64,000 nucleotides of DNA from an uncultured Alphaproteobacteria bacterium (GCA_944391405.1 CALXTN010000005.1:1515-65514), one strand, 5' to 3'. Positions 1-8,227 are shown, counted from the first letter of the stretch. Numbers and translations are program-made. Notes: generated by a model from the sequence alone, not told the origin.

Positions 1-218
1 GTTTCTATACGATAAAGGTCGCCACCAATCTTTTCATGAATAGCTTCGGCAACTTCTTTTGTGTTACCTGACCATGAATAGTAGGCAATTAGGATTTTTT
101 TATTTGTGGTCATGTTGATATCCTTGTTTGGCTCAGCATTACTATTGGTTATGGTTAAAATGACAGTACTTAGTACGTAAAGTGATTTTTTTATTATATT
201 CAGTATTTTATTTCTCAT
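1..218 (-). CDS. Flavodoxin-family protein with an N-terminal signal-peptide-like segment, truncated at its 3' end by the window edge
   Basis: Minus-strand ORF MRNKILNIIKKSLYVLSTVILTITNSNAEPNKDINMTTNKKILIAYYSWSGNTKEVAEAIHEKIGGDLYRIET. It carries the flavodoxin signature YSWSGNT..A. RBS AAGGAGAG lies just upstream of the ATG at 218, and an alternative internal ATG is at 113. It is absent from the ORF track because it runs off the window. Confidence 0.5.
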   Translation of the reverse strand, partial: MRNKILNIIKKSLYVLSTVILTITNSNAEPNKDINMTTNKKILIAYYSWSGNTKEVAEAIHEKIGGDLYRIE

Positions 219-249
219 ATGTCTCTCCTTTCAGCTTTTTTGTGCTGTC

Positions 250-280
250 AGTATAATTTTTAGAGTATACTCTAAGTCAA
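250..280 (-). promoter_or_regulatory. MerR-type promoter with a palindromic operator in the spacer, upstream of the flavodoxin gene (site 1)
   Basis: Read on the minus strand: TTGACT (280..275), a 19-nt spacer, then TATACT (255..250). The spacer holds the perfect 14-bp palindrome TAGAGTATACTCTA (261..274). A 19-bp spacer is the MerR-family hallmark. Confidence 0.6.
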
Positions 281-308
281 GCGCTTTTTGTTAAAATTGC
301 GTATAAAT

Positions 309-1031
309 TTATTGATTAATTTTTTTTGAAAAATATAGTCCTACTTCAAATAACGCATATGTTGGGAGGGTTAACATTAGCTGGCTTACCACATCAGGTG
401 GAGTGAGAATGGCTGCTATAATCAGTATGAGCGTAAATATATAAGGGCGTTTTGATTTGACTGTTTCATAAGAGCATATGCCTGATTTTATTAAAGAGTA
501 TGTGATTAGGGGAAATTGGAACATTAAGCCGAAGATTACGGAAAGCCATAAGCTTAATCCGATAACATTTGATATGCCTAGCGTTGCTTTTAGTTCTGAT
601 GTTGCAAAACTTGCTCCGAATTTGATGATTAAAGGAAGTATAAATGTAATGCAAAAGATTACACCAAGAATGAATAAGAAACTGGAACTTAAAACTATCT
701 TTTTTATGAACTGTTTTTCATTTTCATATAAAGCTGGAAGGATAAAATTCCACAATTGCCTTGCGATGTATGGGAAACAAAGCAATAAATCAAGTACAAG
801 TGCTAATTTAATTTGCAAAATGAAAACTTCGGCTGGGGAGAAAAAATTTAGTGTGACAGGTGTGTCTTGAATTAATTTTTGTATTAACCAATCCAAAAAA
901 TGCGGAGATGCAAATAAGGTTAAAGGAAGAATTATTCCTAGTGCGGTTAGGCAACGTAATAAGGTCTTTCGCAAAGCTTCTAAATGCGAAATTAAACTTT
1001 CTTCTTCTGAATTTTGTTTGTTTTCTTGCAT
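309..1031 (-). CDS. tatC: Twin-arginine translocase subunit TatC
   Basis: 240-aa polytopic membrane protein with the typical TatC length, hydrophobicity profile and sequence. The tatA stop abuts the tatC start. Confidence 0.9.
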   Translation of the reverse strand: MQENKQNSEEESLISHLEALRKTLLRCLTALGIILPLTLFASPHFLDWLIQKLIQDTPVTLNFFSPAEVFILQIKLALVLDLLLCFPYIARQLWNFILPALYENEKQFIKKIVLSSSFLFILGVIFCITFILPLIIKFGASFATSELKATLGISNVIGLSLWLSVIFGLMFQFPLITYSLIKSGICSYETVKSKRPYIFTLILIIAAILTPPDVVSQLMLTLPTYALFEVGLYFSKKINQ

Positions 1032-1247
1032 TTATTCTTTTTTGCTGTTTTTCTCTTCGTCTTGTTGGGCGACTTTTTCAATTGTTTCTTTTAAGTTATC
1101 TGCTTCGTTTTGAAGGGCTTCTTTAGCTTTTTTATATTCATAAGATGCTTTACCAAAGGCTTTGGCTAATTCTGGAATCCGTTTTCCGCCGAAGAGTAAT
1201 AATACGACAACTAGTATTAGTAAGAGTTCGCTTAATCCGATAGACAT
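1032..1247 (-). CDS. tatA: Twin-arginine translocase subunit TatA/E
   Basis: 71 aa: an N-terminal TM helix ([27 protein letters not shown]), then an amphipathic helix and an acidic tail. It sits immediately upstream of tatC. Confidence 0.9.
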   Translation of the reverse strand: MSIGLSELLLILVVVLLLFGGKRIPELAKAFGKASYEYKKAKEALQNEADNLKETIEKVAQQDEEKNSKKE

Positions 1248-1259
1248 ATTTGACTCCTT

Positions 1260-2579
1260 TTATTGTTTAAGTGTTTTTTGAAATTCGGTTGCATTAATTT
1301 TTATTGCTGATACGGGGCATACAGCTTGGCATGCTCCGCAGCCGATACATCTTTCAGTATCAATTTTTGGAAAATCTCCTTGCGCTTTGGTTATAGTGGA
1401 GCGAGGACATTCCATTACGCATAGTCCACATTGTATGCACGAATCGATATTAACTGAGGCTAAACCAATTTGCGTATGTTGTTTTTCTTTTAGAGTTAGT
1501 CTTTTTATAGCACCGCTGGGGCATACTTCAGAGCATTTGTGGCAATTGTAATCGCAAAAGCTTTTTTGGTATTTTAGATGTACAACTGGGAATTCATCGT
1601 TGGCTTTTTGAATTATTTTCATGGGACAGTTTGCAACGCATAAATTGCAATTTAGGCATTTATTGGCAAATGTTTTACTATCTCTTGCTCCAGGGGGAAG
1701 TAGAATATTTTTTAATCTTTTAGCAACGTTTTCGCCTAGTTTTATACTATTTTTGTAGGCGATTGTCAAAATTGCTAAAGCACCAGCACTGATTAGAAAA
1801 CGACGACGTCCAGTATTAATTGGTGTAGTTCCTCTTTGTTTTTTTTCTTTTTCAAAAGAAATTCCACTATTGTGGCAGAGACTTAAACAGCGAAAGCATT
1901 TTATGCATGTTTCATTATCAACGCTTTTATTTTTGAAATCAATACAATCTGCAGGGCATTTCTGAGTACAGAGACCACACGCGACACAGGCGTCTTTGTT
2001 TATGTTAATTTTGTATAAAGAGTGTTTTGCAATTATTCCCAAGATTGTACCGACAGGACAGATGTTTGTGCAGAAATATCTGCCCTTAAACCATGTTAAA
2101 AGCGCAATGACGGCTATCAGGGTTAATCCGTATGTGGCTCCACTGACTGCTGATCCAAAAATAGAATAAGGATCTATTAGGCGCATTAGGTATGCGGTTC
2201 CTCCTAATAGAGTACCTAATGTTAGTGCCGCTATGAAATATTTTAATGGCGAATTCTTTTGGGTGGGGTGTTTTTTACGATGGAAGATAAGCAAATATAA
2301 TTCTTGTAGTAGCCCGAGAGGACATATTGTGGAGCAGTATATTCTTCCAAAGAGAAAAGTTATAATGAGGAGGAGGGTAATTAGTATTCCTGACGATATG
2401 GTAAAAGTGGTGATAGAGCTCTGTATTAGAGGAGTAATATTTATATTAAATATTTTGATGGGATAAAATAACCCTAATAGTCCGCCGATGCTTATGATGG
2501 CCATCAGGAGGGCAATGGTTATCCTTGTTTTTTGAAGTGTTTTAGCTTTTAGCATCTTATTTTCCTCTTCTGTCGTCAT
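1260..2579 (-). CDS. Membrane polyferredoxin, NapH/MauN-like N-terminal half fused to a NapG-like multi-[4Fe-4S] half with an internal RRRF twin-arginine-like motif
   Basis: The N-terminal TM region carries two CxxxCP motifs (GRIYCSTICPLG, GRYFCTNICPVG). Six CxxCxxCxxxCP-type cluster motifs are present. TGRRRFLISAGALAILTIAYK lies mid-protein. Confidence 0.65.
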   Translation of the reverse strand: MTTEEENKMLKAKTLQKTRITIALLMAIISIGGLLGLFYPIKIFNINITPLIQSSITTFTISSGILITLLLIITFLFGRIYCSTICPLGLLQELYLLIFHRKKHPTQKNSPLKYFIAALTLGTLLGGTAYLMRLIDPYSIFGSAVSGATYGLTLIAVIALLTWFKGRYFCTNICPVGTILGIIAKHSLYKININKDACVACGLCTQKCPADCIDFKNKSVDNETCIKCFRCLSLCHNSGISFEKEKKQRGTTPINTGRRRFLISAGALAILTIAYKNSIKLGENVAKRLKNILLPPGARDSKTFANKCLNCNLCVANCPMKIIQKANDEFPVVHLKYQKSFCDYNCHKCSEVCPSGAIKRLTLKEKQHTQIGLASVNIDSCIQCGLCVMECPRSTITKAQGDFPKIDTERCIGCGACQAVCPVSAIKINATEFQKTLKQ

Positions 2580-2647
2580 TTTAAGAGTACTCGTCTAGAT
2601 GTTTTTTATCAAGATTTTTTCAAGGTTATTAGCTTTTATTTCATAAA

Positions 2648-2675
2648 AAAGCAGGTAATATACCTGCTCTTTTTA
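2648..2675 (-). terminator. Intrinsic terminator ending the phosphoesterase-cupin-Isf operon
   Basis: Hairpin AGCAGGTA-ata-TACCTGCT (2650..2668) with a T-run on the minus strand (plus-strand AAAAAA 2645..2650). Confidence 0.55.
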
Positions 2676-2685
2676 CGTATTTATG

Positions 2686-3228
2686 TTATATGTTTTTGCC
2701 CATTTCGTAGGCTTCTTTTAGCGCAGGACTTCCTTTTATGTCTCCAATTTGCCAAGCGTCGGTTCCATAAATAACACCTTTTTCATGAGCGTTGTTTAGA
2801 CAGTCTTCAGTAAAACCGCGAAAACTTTCCAATACGCGTTCCATATTGGCTCGACTGTTGTCGGCAGCGGCTAAGATAAAGTAAAAATCTTTGTTGCTAA
2901 TTTCTTCATATCTTGGAACGGTTCTATCAATCAGGGTTTTCATTTGTCCGTTCATATTGTAAAAATAAACGGGTGTGCCCATGACAATTACGTCGGCATT
3001 TACCATTTTATCTAAAATTTTTACCATATCATCCTTTTGTACACATTTGTGGGTGGTGTTGCAAACCCCACATCCGCGGCAAAAATTTATTTGATAGTCG
3101 TTTACGTGTATTTTTTCTATATTATGACCTGCTTCTTTGGCTCCTTTTATGAATTCATCGCAAAGAACATCGGAATTTCCGCCTTTGCGAAAACTTGCAG
3201 ATAATACAAGAACGTTTTTGCTCATCAT
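2686..3228 (-). CDS. Iron-sulfur flavoprotein (Isf) / NADPH-dependent FMN reductase-like flavodoxin-fold protein
   Basis: Flavodoxin-like N-terminus (LVLSASFRKGGNS) plus the compact Cys motif CRGCGVCNTTHKC (C-x2-C-x2-C-x5-C) typical of the Isf family. Confidence 0.7.
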   Translation of the reverse strand: MMSKNVLVLSASFRKGGNSDVLCDEFIKGAKEAGHNIEKIHVNDYQINFCRGCGVCNTTHKCVQKDDMVKILDKMVNADVIVMGTPVYFYNMNGQMKTLIDRTVPRYEEISNKDFYFILAAADNSRANMERVLESFRGFTEDCLNNAHEKGVIYGTDAWQIGDIKGSPALKEAYEMGKNI

Positions 3229-3704
3229 TTATACTCCTCATTTGTTACAGGTTCTAACCATGTGGTTGTATTGTTGGGAACGTTGGTTTCAAGAGAAATG
3301 TGCGTAAACCAAGAATCTGGCGCTGCGCCATGCCAATGTTCAATGTTGGGGGCTATGCGAACTATGTCTCCTTTCTTTAAAATTTGTATTTTCCCATTCT
3401 TTTCTTGGTAGCGTCCCTCTCCATTTAAAATCAGTAAAATTTGTCCGCCACTGTGTTTATGCCAGTTAGTGCGTGCTCCAGGTTCAAAAGTGACGTTGCC
3501 TATCGGGGCGTTGAATGTGTCATCTTTTTTACTTAGCATATTTAAGTAGGTTTGTCCGGTAAAAAATTGTCCGTAAGGATTTTTCTCGCCTTGGGCAAAA
3601 ATGGTGTCTATTGGTGCTTTGTTCATTTCGGTGGCTCCTGTAATTGATGTTGTTAGGGTTAAAATAATTGTGCTTAGATATAAAATCAGTTTTTTTGATT
3701 TCAT
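3225..3704 (-). CDS. Secreted cupin-domain protein
   Basis: N-terminal signal peptide; cupin beta-barrel motifs (GARTNWHKH...G). Overlaps the Isf gene by 4 nt. Confidence 0.55.
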   Translation of the reverse strand: MKSKKLILYLSTIILTLTTSITGATEMNKAPIDTIFAQGEKNPYGQFFTGQTYLNMLSKKDDTFNAPIGNVTFEPGARTNWHKHSGGQILLILNGEGRYQEKNGKIQILKKGDIVRIAPNIEHWHGAAPDSWFTHISLETNVPNNTTTWLEPVTNEEYK

Positions 3705-3718
3705 GTATTTCCTCCTTG

Positions 3719-4843
3719 CTATTTTGATTTGGGGTGTATGGTTATTATGCTTATTTCACTAGGGGCTAAGAAGCGCATTTGTGGGCCCCATTGTCCGGCT
3801 CCATTTGATACGTAAATTTGTGCATTGTTATTCATTGTGTACAATCCGGATAAATATTTGTTTGCTAGCTTTACAAATATATGGAATGGGAAAATCTGTC
3901 CTCCGTGTGTATGACCAGAAATTTCTAGGTCAAAATTATTTTGCTTATCAAAATCTACAGGAGTGTGTGATATTAGTATTTTATATTGTGAGTTTGTACT
4001 GGTTTTGAAAGCGGTTGGCAAAGATATTGGTATTTGGTGTTGTTTAGCTGAAAACCAGTCAGGTATACCTGCTAAGTATATATTGGGAGTTATGTTTGTG
4101 CCGCTATTTTCTAAAAATGTAAATCCTAGTTTTTTTAATTCATTAGTTGTTTCTTGATAGCTGGTGTAGAATTCATGATTGCCAGTTACAAAATAAATTC
4201 CTTGTTTGGCTTTTAATTTACTTAAAAGTTGAGTGATAGATTGCACTTTGTTTACTTCATCATCAATAATGTCGCCTGCGAGGAGAATTATATCTGCGTT
4301 TTCTTGATTGGTTTTGTTTATGATATTCTCTATTTTTTGAGGATTTATGGTGCGGTGGATGTGTAAATCACTCAAAACGGCAATTTTGAGTGGTGTTATG
4401 ATTTTGTCACTGTATAGTGTTGATGTCTTAATCTCTGGTGTGGCAATTCCTTTTAGTAATGCGTATGTGGTAAGGATAATTGCTATTCCGAGGCTGATTA
4501 AACTGTTATTTAAATGGTATTCTTTTGCAAATGGGGATCCGATGTGTTGAGGCGATATTTTGTGTGCTATTAACCATAAGGTATCTCTGAATATAGATAA
4601 TGAAAATAAAATTATGCATCCAACATAGATATAGTATAGAGTATATCTGTAGATAGGGTAGAGATTTCCAAATAGATTTTCAAATTTGTAACTGACGAAA
4701 AGAGGAATGCAACCGAATAAGAGAGCAATGGTTAAAGATATAAATTTGTAAATTACCGGTGTATTGATAAAGAATATATAACGAAAATATAGCGATAATG
4801 TTACAATGCATCCTAGAAATGAAGTAGTTACGGCGCAGGTCAT
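3719..4843 (-). CDS. Membrane-anchored calcineurin-like metallophosphoesterase
   Basis: About 4 N-terminal TM helices, then the phosphoesterase motifs D-x-H, GDIIDD and GNHE. Confidence 0.75.
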   Translation of the reverse strand: MTCAVTTSFLGCIVTLSLYFRYIFFINTPVIYKFISLTIALLFGCIPLFVSYKFENLFGNLYPIYRYTLYYIYVGCIILFSLSIFRDTLWLIAHKISPQHIGSPFAKEYHLNNSLISLGIAIILTTYALLKGIATPEIKTSTLYSDKIITPLKIAVLSDLHIHRTINPQKIENIINKTNQENADIILLAGDIIDDEVNKVQSITQLLSKLKAKQGIYFVTGNHEFYTSYQETTNELKKLGFTFLENSGTNITPNIYLAGIPDWFSAKQHQIPISLPTAFKTSTNSQYKILISHTPVDFDKQNNFDLEISGHTHGGQIFPFHIFVKLANKYLSGLYTMNNNAQIYVSNGAGQWGPQMRFLAPSEISIITIHPKSK

Positions 4844-4888
4844 TAATGATTCTCCTATAAAAATAAGTACGACTCGATTTTGTATTTA

Positions 4889-4919
4889 GGATAATTGTTA
4901 GAGTTAACTCTAAGTCAAG
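4889..4919 (-). promoter_or_regulatory. MerR-type promoter/operator (site 2) for the phosphoesterase-cupin-Isf operon, divergent from merR
   Basis: Read on the minus strand: TTGACT (4919..4914), then the perfect palindrome TAGAGTTAACTCTA (4899..4912) inside a roughly 19-nt spacer, then TTATCC. Confidence 0.5.
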
Positions 4920-4951
4920 CCTTTTTTTGAGAGATTGAAATTTTATACACT

Positions 4952-4965
4952 TAGAGCCTACTCTA
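4952..4965 (+). promoter_or_regulatory. Third operator-like palindrome TAGAGCCTACTCTA, upstream of merR
   Basis: Same TAGAG-N4-CTCTA half-sites as sites 1 and 2. It lies about 15 nt upstream of the TTGACA -35 of the merR promoter (4980..4985). Confidence 0.45.
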
Positions 4966-5031
4966 ATGGTTTCTTCAAGTTGACATTGTTTTTGTATGCT
5001 GTATTTTTAGAGATAAAAAAAGGAGTGTGTT

Positions 5032-5463
5032 ATGCGGTATTCTATTGGGCAAGTAGCTAAAAAATTAGGACTTACAACTCATACTATTCGTTATTATGAT
5101 AAAGAGGGGTTGTTGCCTTTTGTCAGAAAAGGTTCTTCGGGGGCTCGAGTTTTTGAGGAGGATGATGTTGATTGGTTGATTATTGTTGAATGTCTTAAAG
5201 GTACAGGGATGCCTTTGAAAGAAATTCGAACTTATATTCAATTGTGTCAACAAGGTGATGCTACTCTACAAAAAAGATTTGAAATGTTTAAAAAACAAAA
5301 AGAAAAAATAGAAAAACAGATGAATACATTGAAGCAATATATGGAGAAAATTGATTTTAAAATTGCCTATTATGGTGATGCTATAAAGCATGGTACGGAT
5401 GATATTTATATTCGTAATACGTGGCTGGCTACAGAAAGAGAGCGTTTGTTTGGGCATAAATGA
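5032..5463 (+). CDS. MerR-family transcriptional regulator, NmlR/AdhR (thiol-based carbonyl/electrophile sensor) subfamily
   Basis: N-terminal HTH (MRYSIGQVAKKLGLTTHTIRYYDKEGLL). A conserved Cys54 lies in VECLKGTGMPLKEI (TGMP motif). There is a C-terminal coiled coil but no SoxR or MerR metal-Cys cluster. Confidence 0.8.
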   Translation: MRYSIGQVAKKLGLTTHTIRYYDKEGLLPFVRKGSSGARVFEEDDVDWLIIVECLKGTGMPLKEIRTYIQLCQQGDATLQKRFEMFKKQKEKIEKQMNTLKQYMEKIDFKIAYYGDAIKHGTDDIYIRNTWLATERERLFGHK

Positions 5464-5477
5464 CAGATTAAAAATAC

Positions 5478-5771
5478 TTAAATTATTCCTCTGATTGCAT
5501 CAAAAATGGGAGTGGTTAAATTGTTTCCATTATTGTTTTTGGTATGATATTTGGAAAGTAGTTGATAATAGTAGATTAGAGAGAATAAACGTACAGAACA
5601 TGTTAATCCCATTTGTGTATTTTTACGTGCATTGATCATTCCAATAAGGGTGTTTCTTTTTATGTTTTCTCTTTTACAGATATTATCAATGGCTTCCCAT
5701 TCTGCATTTGCTAATCGCATACTTGTTTTATGGTTATCAATAAAAATTACTTTACTGGATAATTCTGTCAT
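5478..5771 (-). CDS. RHH_4 ribbon-helix-helix domain protein (family often mis-annotated as aryl-sulfate sulfotransferase), paralog 1
   Basis: KTSMRLANAEWEAIDNICKRENIKRNTLIGMI...LGLTCSVRLFSLIYY matches the S-x-RL..W.A...I......L.....SSAIRVFVL.YY pattern of alphaproteobacterial RHH_4 proteins. Confidence 0.65.
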   Translation of the reverse strand: MTELSSKVIFIDNHKTSMRLANAEWEAIDNICKRENIKRNTLIGMINARKNTQMGLTCSVRLFSLIYYYQLLSKYHTKNNNGNNLTTPIFDAIRGII

Positions 5772-5932
5772 AATTTTCTCCTAAATTATAAATAATTATC
5801 TATTAATATAAAGTCTATGCGTAAAAATTCAATTAATATTTGTATTTTGTTAAAATAAAAAGGGGTGTTTTTTGCTAAGATAAAATTAATTTTTTTTTAT
5901 CATTATAATTATGGATAGTTGATGAGGTTGTA

Positions 5933-7315
5933 ATGTTTTTTAGGTTTATTGTTTGTTTAATTGTCTATTTTAATATAAACTTGTGTTATGCTCAATATGA
6001 GCGGCCAGGATGGTTTTTGTCTGATGAAATAACAGAAAATGTAGGGGTGAATAAAAAAGTAAAAAATGCAGATGAGATATATGGTGAAACAGGGAAATCT
6101 TTGTTAAATAATGTTAAAAATCATAATTTTAAAAAGAAACAGCCACAATCTATTGAAATAATAGACAGAGGTTTTTCTTTAGGAAGGAAAGAGCTTAAAT
6201 TAACATCTATTTTGCTTAAAAATGTTTATGAAGATAATATGGGAAAAAATTTTGTCTTTTCTCCATTATCTTTTTACGCAGTTGCTGTTTTGTTAGCAAA
6301 TGGTGTTGTTGATTCAACATTGTGGGAGTTTTCGAAAATTTTTTCTGTGTTTCGTTTAGTTGATGTTAATGAGGTGTTTAAAAAGTATTTGTACTCTAAA
6401 GGAGAATCTTACATTTGGAGTATTTCTTTGTGGGGAAATGTTTTTAGTCAGAGATATCGAACATTGATAGGTGATATTTTGAGTGCAGAAACTTGGAATT
6501 TACAAGGTAATACTAATACTCTTAATATGTGGATTAGTGAAAAAACAAAAGGTAAAGTTAACAAAATTATTGAAGAACGCCCGGTTAACGATGATGAACT
6601 TTTTGTTGTTTCCTCGTTAGGCTTTTATCAAAACTGGAAATATCCATTTAATAAAAATTTTACTAGAAAAAAGATTTTTTATGCAGTTGATGGTAAAAGA
6701 ACTATGGTTAATATGATGTATCAAAGTGGTATATTTGAATATTTTGAAAATGATTTTATGCAAGTTGTTCGCTTATTTTTTGACACAGGCGACTATATTA
6801 CCTTCTATCTTCCTCATGAAAATTCAGATTTTAGTAAGTTTGTTGCCAATTTTGAGGATTATAAAATGGAGCCAGAATTTCAATATTGTAAAGTTGATTT
6901 ATTTATACCAAAGTTTCAATTGTCTAATAATGCTAATAATATTCGTGAAAAATTTGCACTTCTGGGAGTGAGCGAAGTTTTTTATTCTATTTATAATTTT
7001 GCTAAAATGATTAATTTTGATATGCAAGCTAAAGTATCAGATGTTTTTTTGAATGTTCGTGTAAGAATTGACGAAGGGAATGAGCAAAAAATATTGAAGG
7101 ATTCTTTTATTAAAGGAAATTTAGAAAACAATATATCTGTTATTTTTAATGCTAATAGACCTTTTATTTTTATGATTAATAAAGGTGATATTGTTGGTGG
7201 TTTTGTTAAGGGTAATAAATTAAATCTTGACGAATTAGTTGAAAATAATGATGAGAAAGTAGGTGAAGTTATTATTAGAAAAGATGAAACTTCTACTTGG
7301 TATGATAATAAGTAG
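5933..7315 (+). CDS. Secreted serpin (serine protease inhibitor family) with a non-canonical hinge
   Basis: Signal peptide; NFVFSPLSFYAVAVLLANG N-terminal serpin motif; a C-terminal FNANRPFIFMI that fits the PROSITE serpin signature exactly. The RCL region RIDEGNEQKILKDSF lacks an Ala-rich hinge. Confidence 0.85.
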   Translation: MFFRFIVCLIVYFNINLCYAQYERPGWFLSDEITENVGVNKKVKNADEIYGETGKSLLNNVKNHNFKKKQPQSIEIIDRGFSLGRKELKLTSILLKNVYEDNMGKNFVFSPLSFYAVAVLLANGVVDSTLWEFSKIFSVFRLVDVNEVFKKYLYSKGESYIWSISLWGNVFSQRYRTLIGDILSAETWNLQGNTNTLNMWISEKTKGKVNKIIEERPVNDDELFVVSSLGFYQNWKYPFNKNFTRKKIFYAVDGKRTMVNMMYQSGIFEYFENDFMQVVRLFFDTGDYITFYLPHENSDFSKFVANFEDYKMEPEFQYCKVDLFIPKFQLSNNANNIREKFALLGVSEVFYSIYNFAKMINFDMQAKVSDVFLNVRVRIDEGNEQKILKDSFIKGNLENNISVIFNANRPFIFMINKGDIVGGFVKGNKLNLDELVENNDEKVGEVIIRKDETSTWYDNK

Positions 7316-7342
7316 TTATTTATTATCATGGGGAATGAAATT

Positions 7343-7630
7343 TTAAATTATTCCTTTTATAGCATCACACATTGGTGAGGTACGATTACTGTTTTTGTGA
7401 TCAAGTTGGTACTGCAGAGCTTTTCTGTAGTAAATTAAAGAAAATAATCTGACTGATGATGTTAGCCCTAATTTATCATCTTTGTTGGCTTGTATTAATT
7501 CAAATAAATTTTTTCTTTTAATGTTTTCTCTTTTACAGATTGTATCAATTGCTTTCCACTCAGCTGGAGCTAGACGCATGCTTGTTTTGCGGTTATATAT
7601 CGAAACGACGCGATTTGATAATGATGCCAT
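7343..7630 (-). CDS. RHH_4 ribbon-helix-helix domain protein, paralog 2
   Basis: About 55% identical to the 5478..5771 product (KTSMRLAPAEWKAIDTICKRENIKRKNLFELI...LGLTSSVRLFSLIYY). RBS GGAGG. Confidence 0.65.
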   Translation of the reverse strand: MASLSNRVVSIYNRKTSMRLAPAEWKAIDTICKRENIKRKNLFELIQANKDDKLGLTSSVRLFSLIYYRKALQYQLDHKNSNRTSPMCDAIKGII

Positions 7631-7781
7631 CTTGCCTCCTTTTTTTGATTTCTGTGGTTAGTTTATCTCTTTTTTTTTAATATGCAACTATAATTTGTAT
7701 TATTTTTATATTTCTCCTAAATAATGATTGATTGTTAAAAAATAGTTGTTTATGATAAAAAAAAGTAGATAATGAGATTTT

Positions 7782-8207
7782 GTGAATATGATTTATAAAC
7801 GTGATACTTTAATTTTAAAAAAAATTGTTAATGAAATTTCTTGTAAATGTATTCAAAATTTTAGTAATTGTACTGAGAGGCAAAGTGCTTGTATTTTTGA
7901 AGATATTTATAGATGGTGTCATTCGAAATTTCATTCTATACAAACAAGATATGTCCCTAATGAAATAATTTTTGTAGATGATGCTGTTAATTATGCATAT
8001 AATTGTCAGTGGATGTATGGCGAGTATTTCTTAGAGGCGGAAGACTTTAATCCTCAGGATTCAAAGGATTTCTGTGAAAAAAATATTAAACAAAATATTT
8101 CTGATTTGCAAATTTTTCAGACAATTTTATATATTCTTAATACGGAGCATTCTGCTTTTATAATAAAGAAAAAAATTAATAATTTTTTGCATTTTGATAT
8201 TTGTTAG
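7782..8207 (+). CDS. Hypothetical Cys-rich protein
   Basis: 141-aa ORF, AT-rich, with no recognisable domain. Confidence 0.3.
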   Translation: MNMIYKRDTLILKKIVNEISCKCIQNFSNCTERQSACIFEDIYRWCHSKFHSIQTRYVPNEIIFVDDAVNYAYNCQWMYGEYFLEAEDFNPQDSKDFCEKNIKQNISDLQIFQTILYILNTEHSAFIIKKKINNFLHFDIC

Positions 8208-8227
8208 TTTTTAGAAGAGATATTTTT

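Noticed and set aside
466-1126. Antisense ORFs overlapping tatC (466..654, 478..870, 860..1126) and similar shadow ORFs inside other genes (for example 16276..16572, 34457..34936, 47324..47689, 48473..49105, 59991..60788, 63585..63794)
   Set aside because: They lie entirely within well-supported genes on the opposite strand and have low-complexity, AT-codon-driven translations with no motifs. They are typical shadow ORFs.
2650-2668. The hairpin core GCAGGTA..TACCTGC shared between 2650..2668 and 22763..22778, considered as a REP or MITE-like dispersed element
   Set aside because: There are only two instances. Both sit exactly at gene 3' ends, flanked by A/T runs, so they are best explained as ordinary intrinsic terminators.
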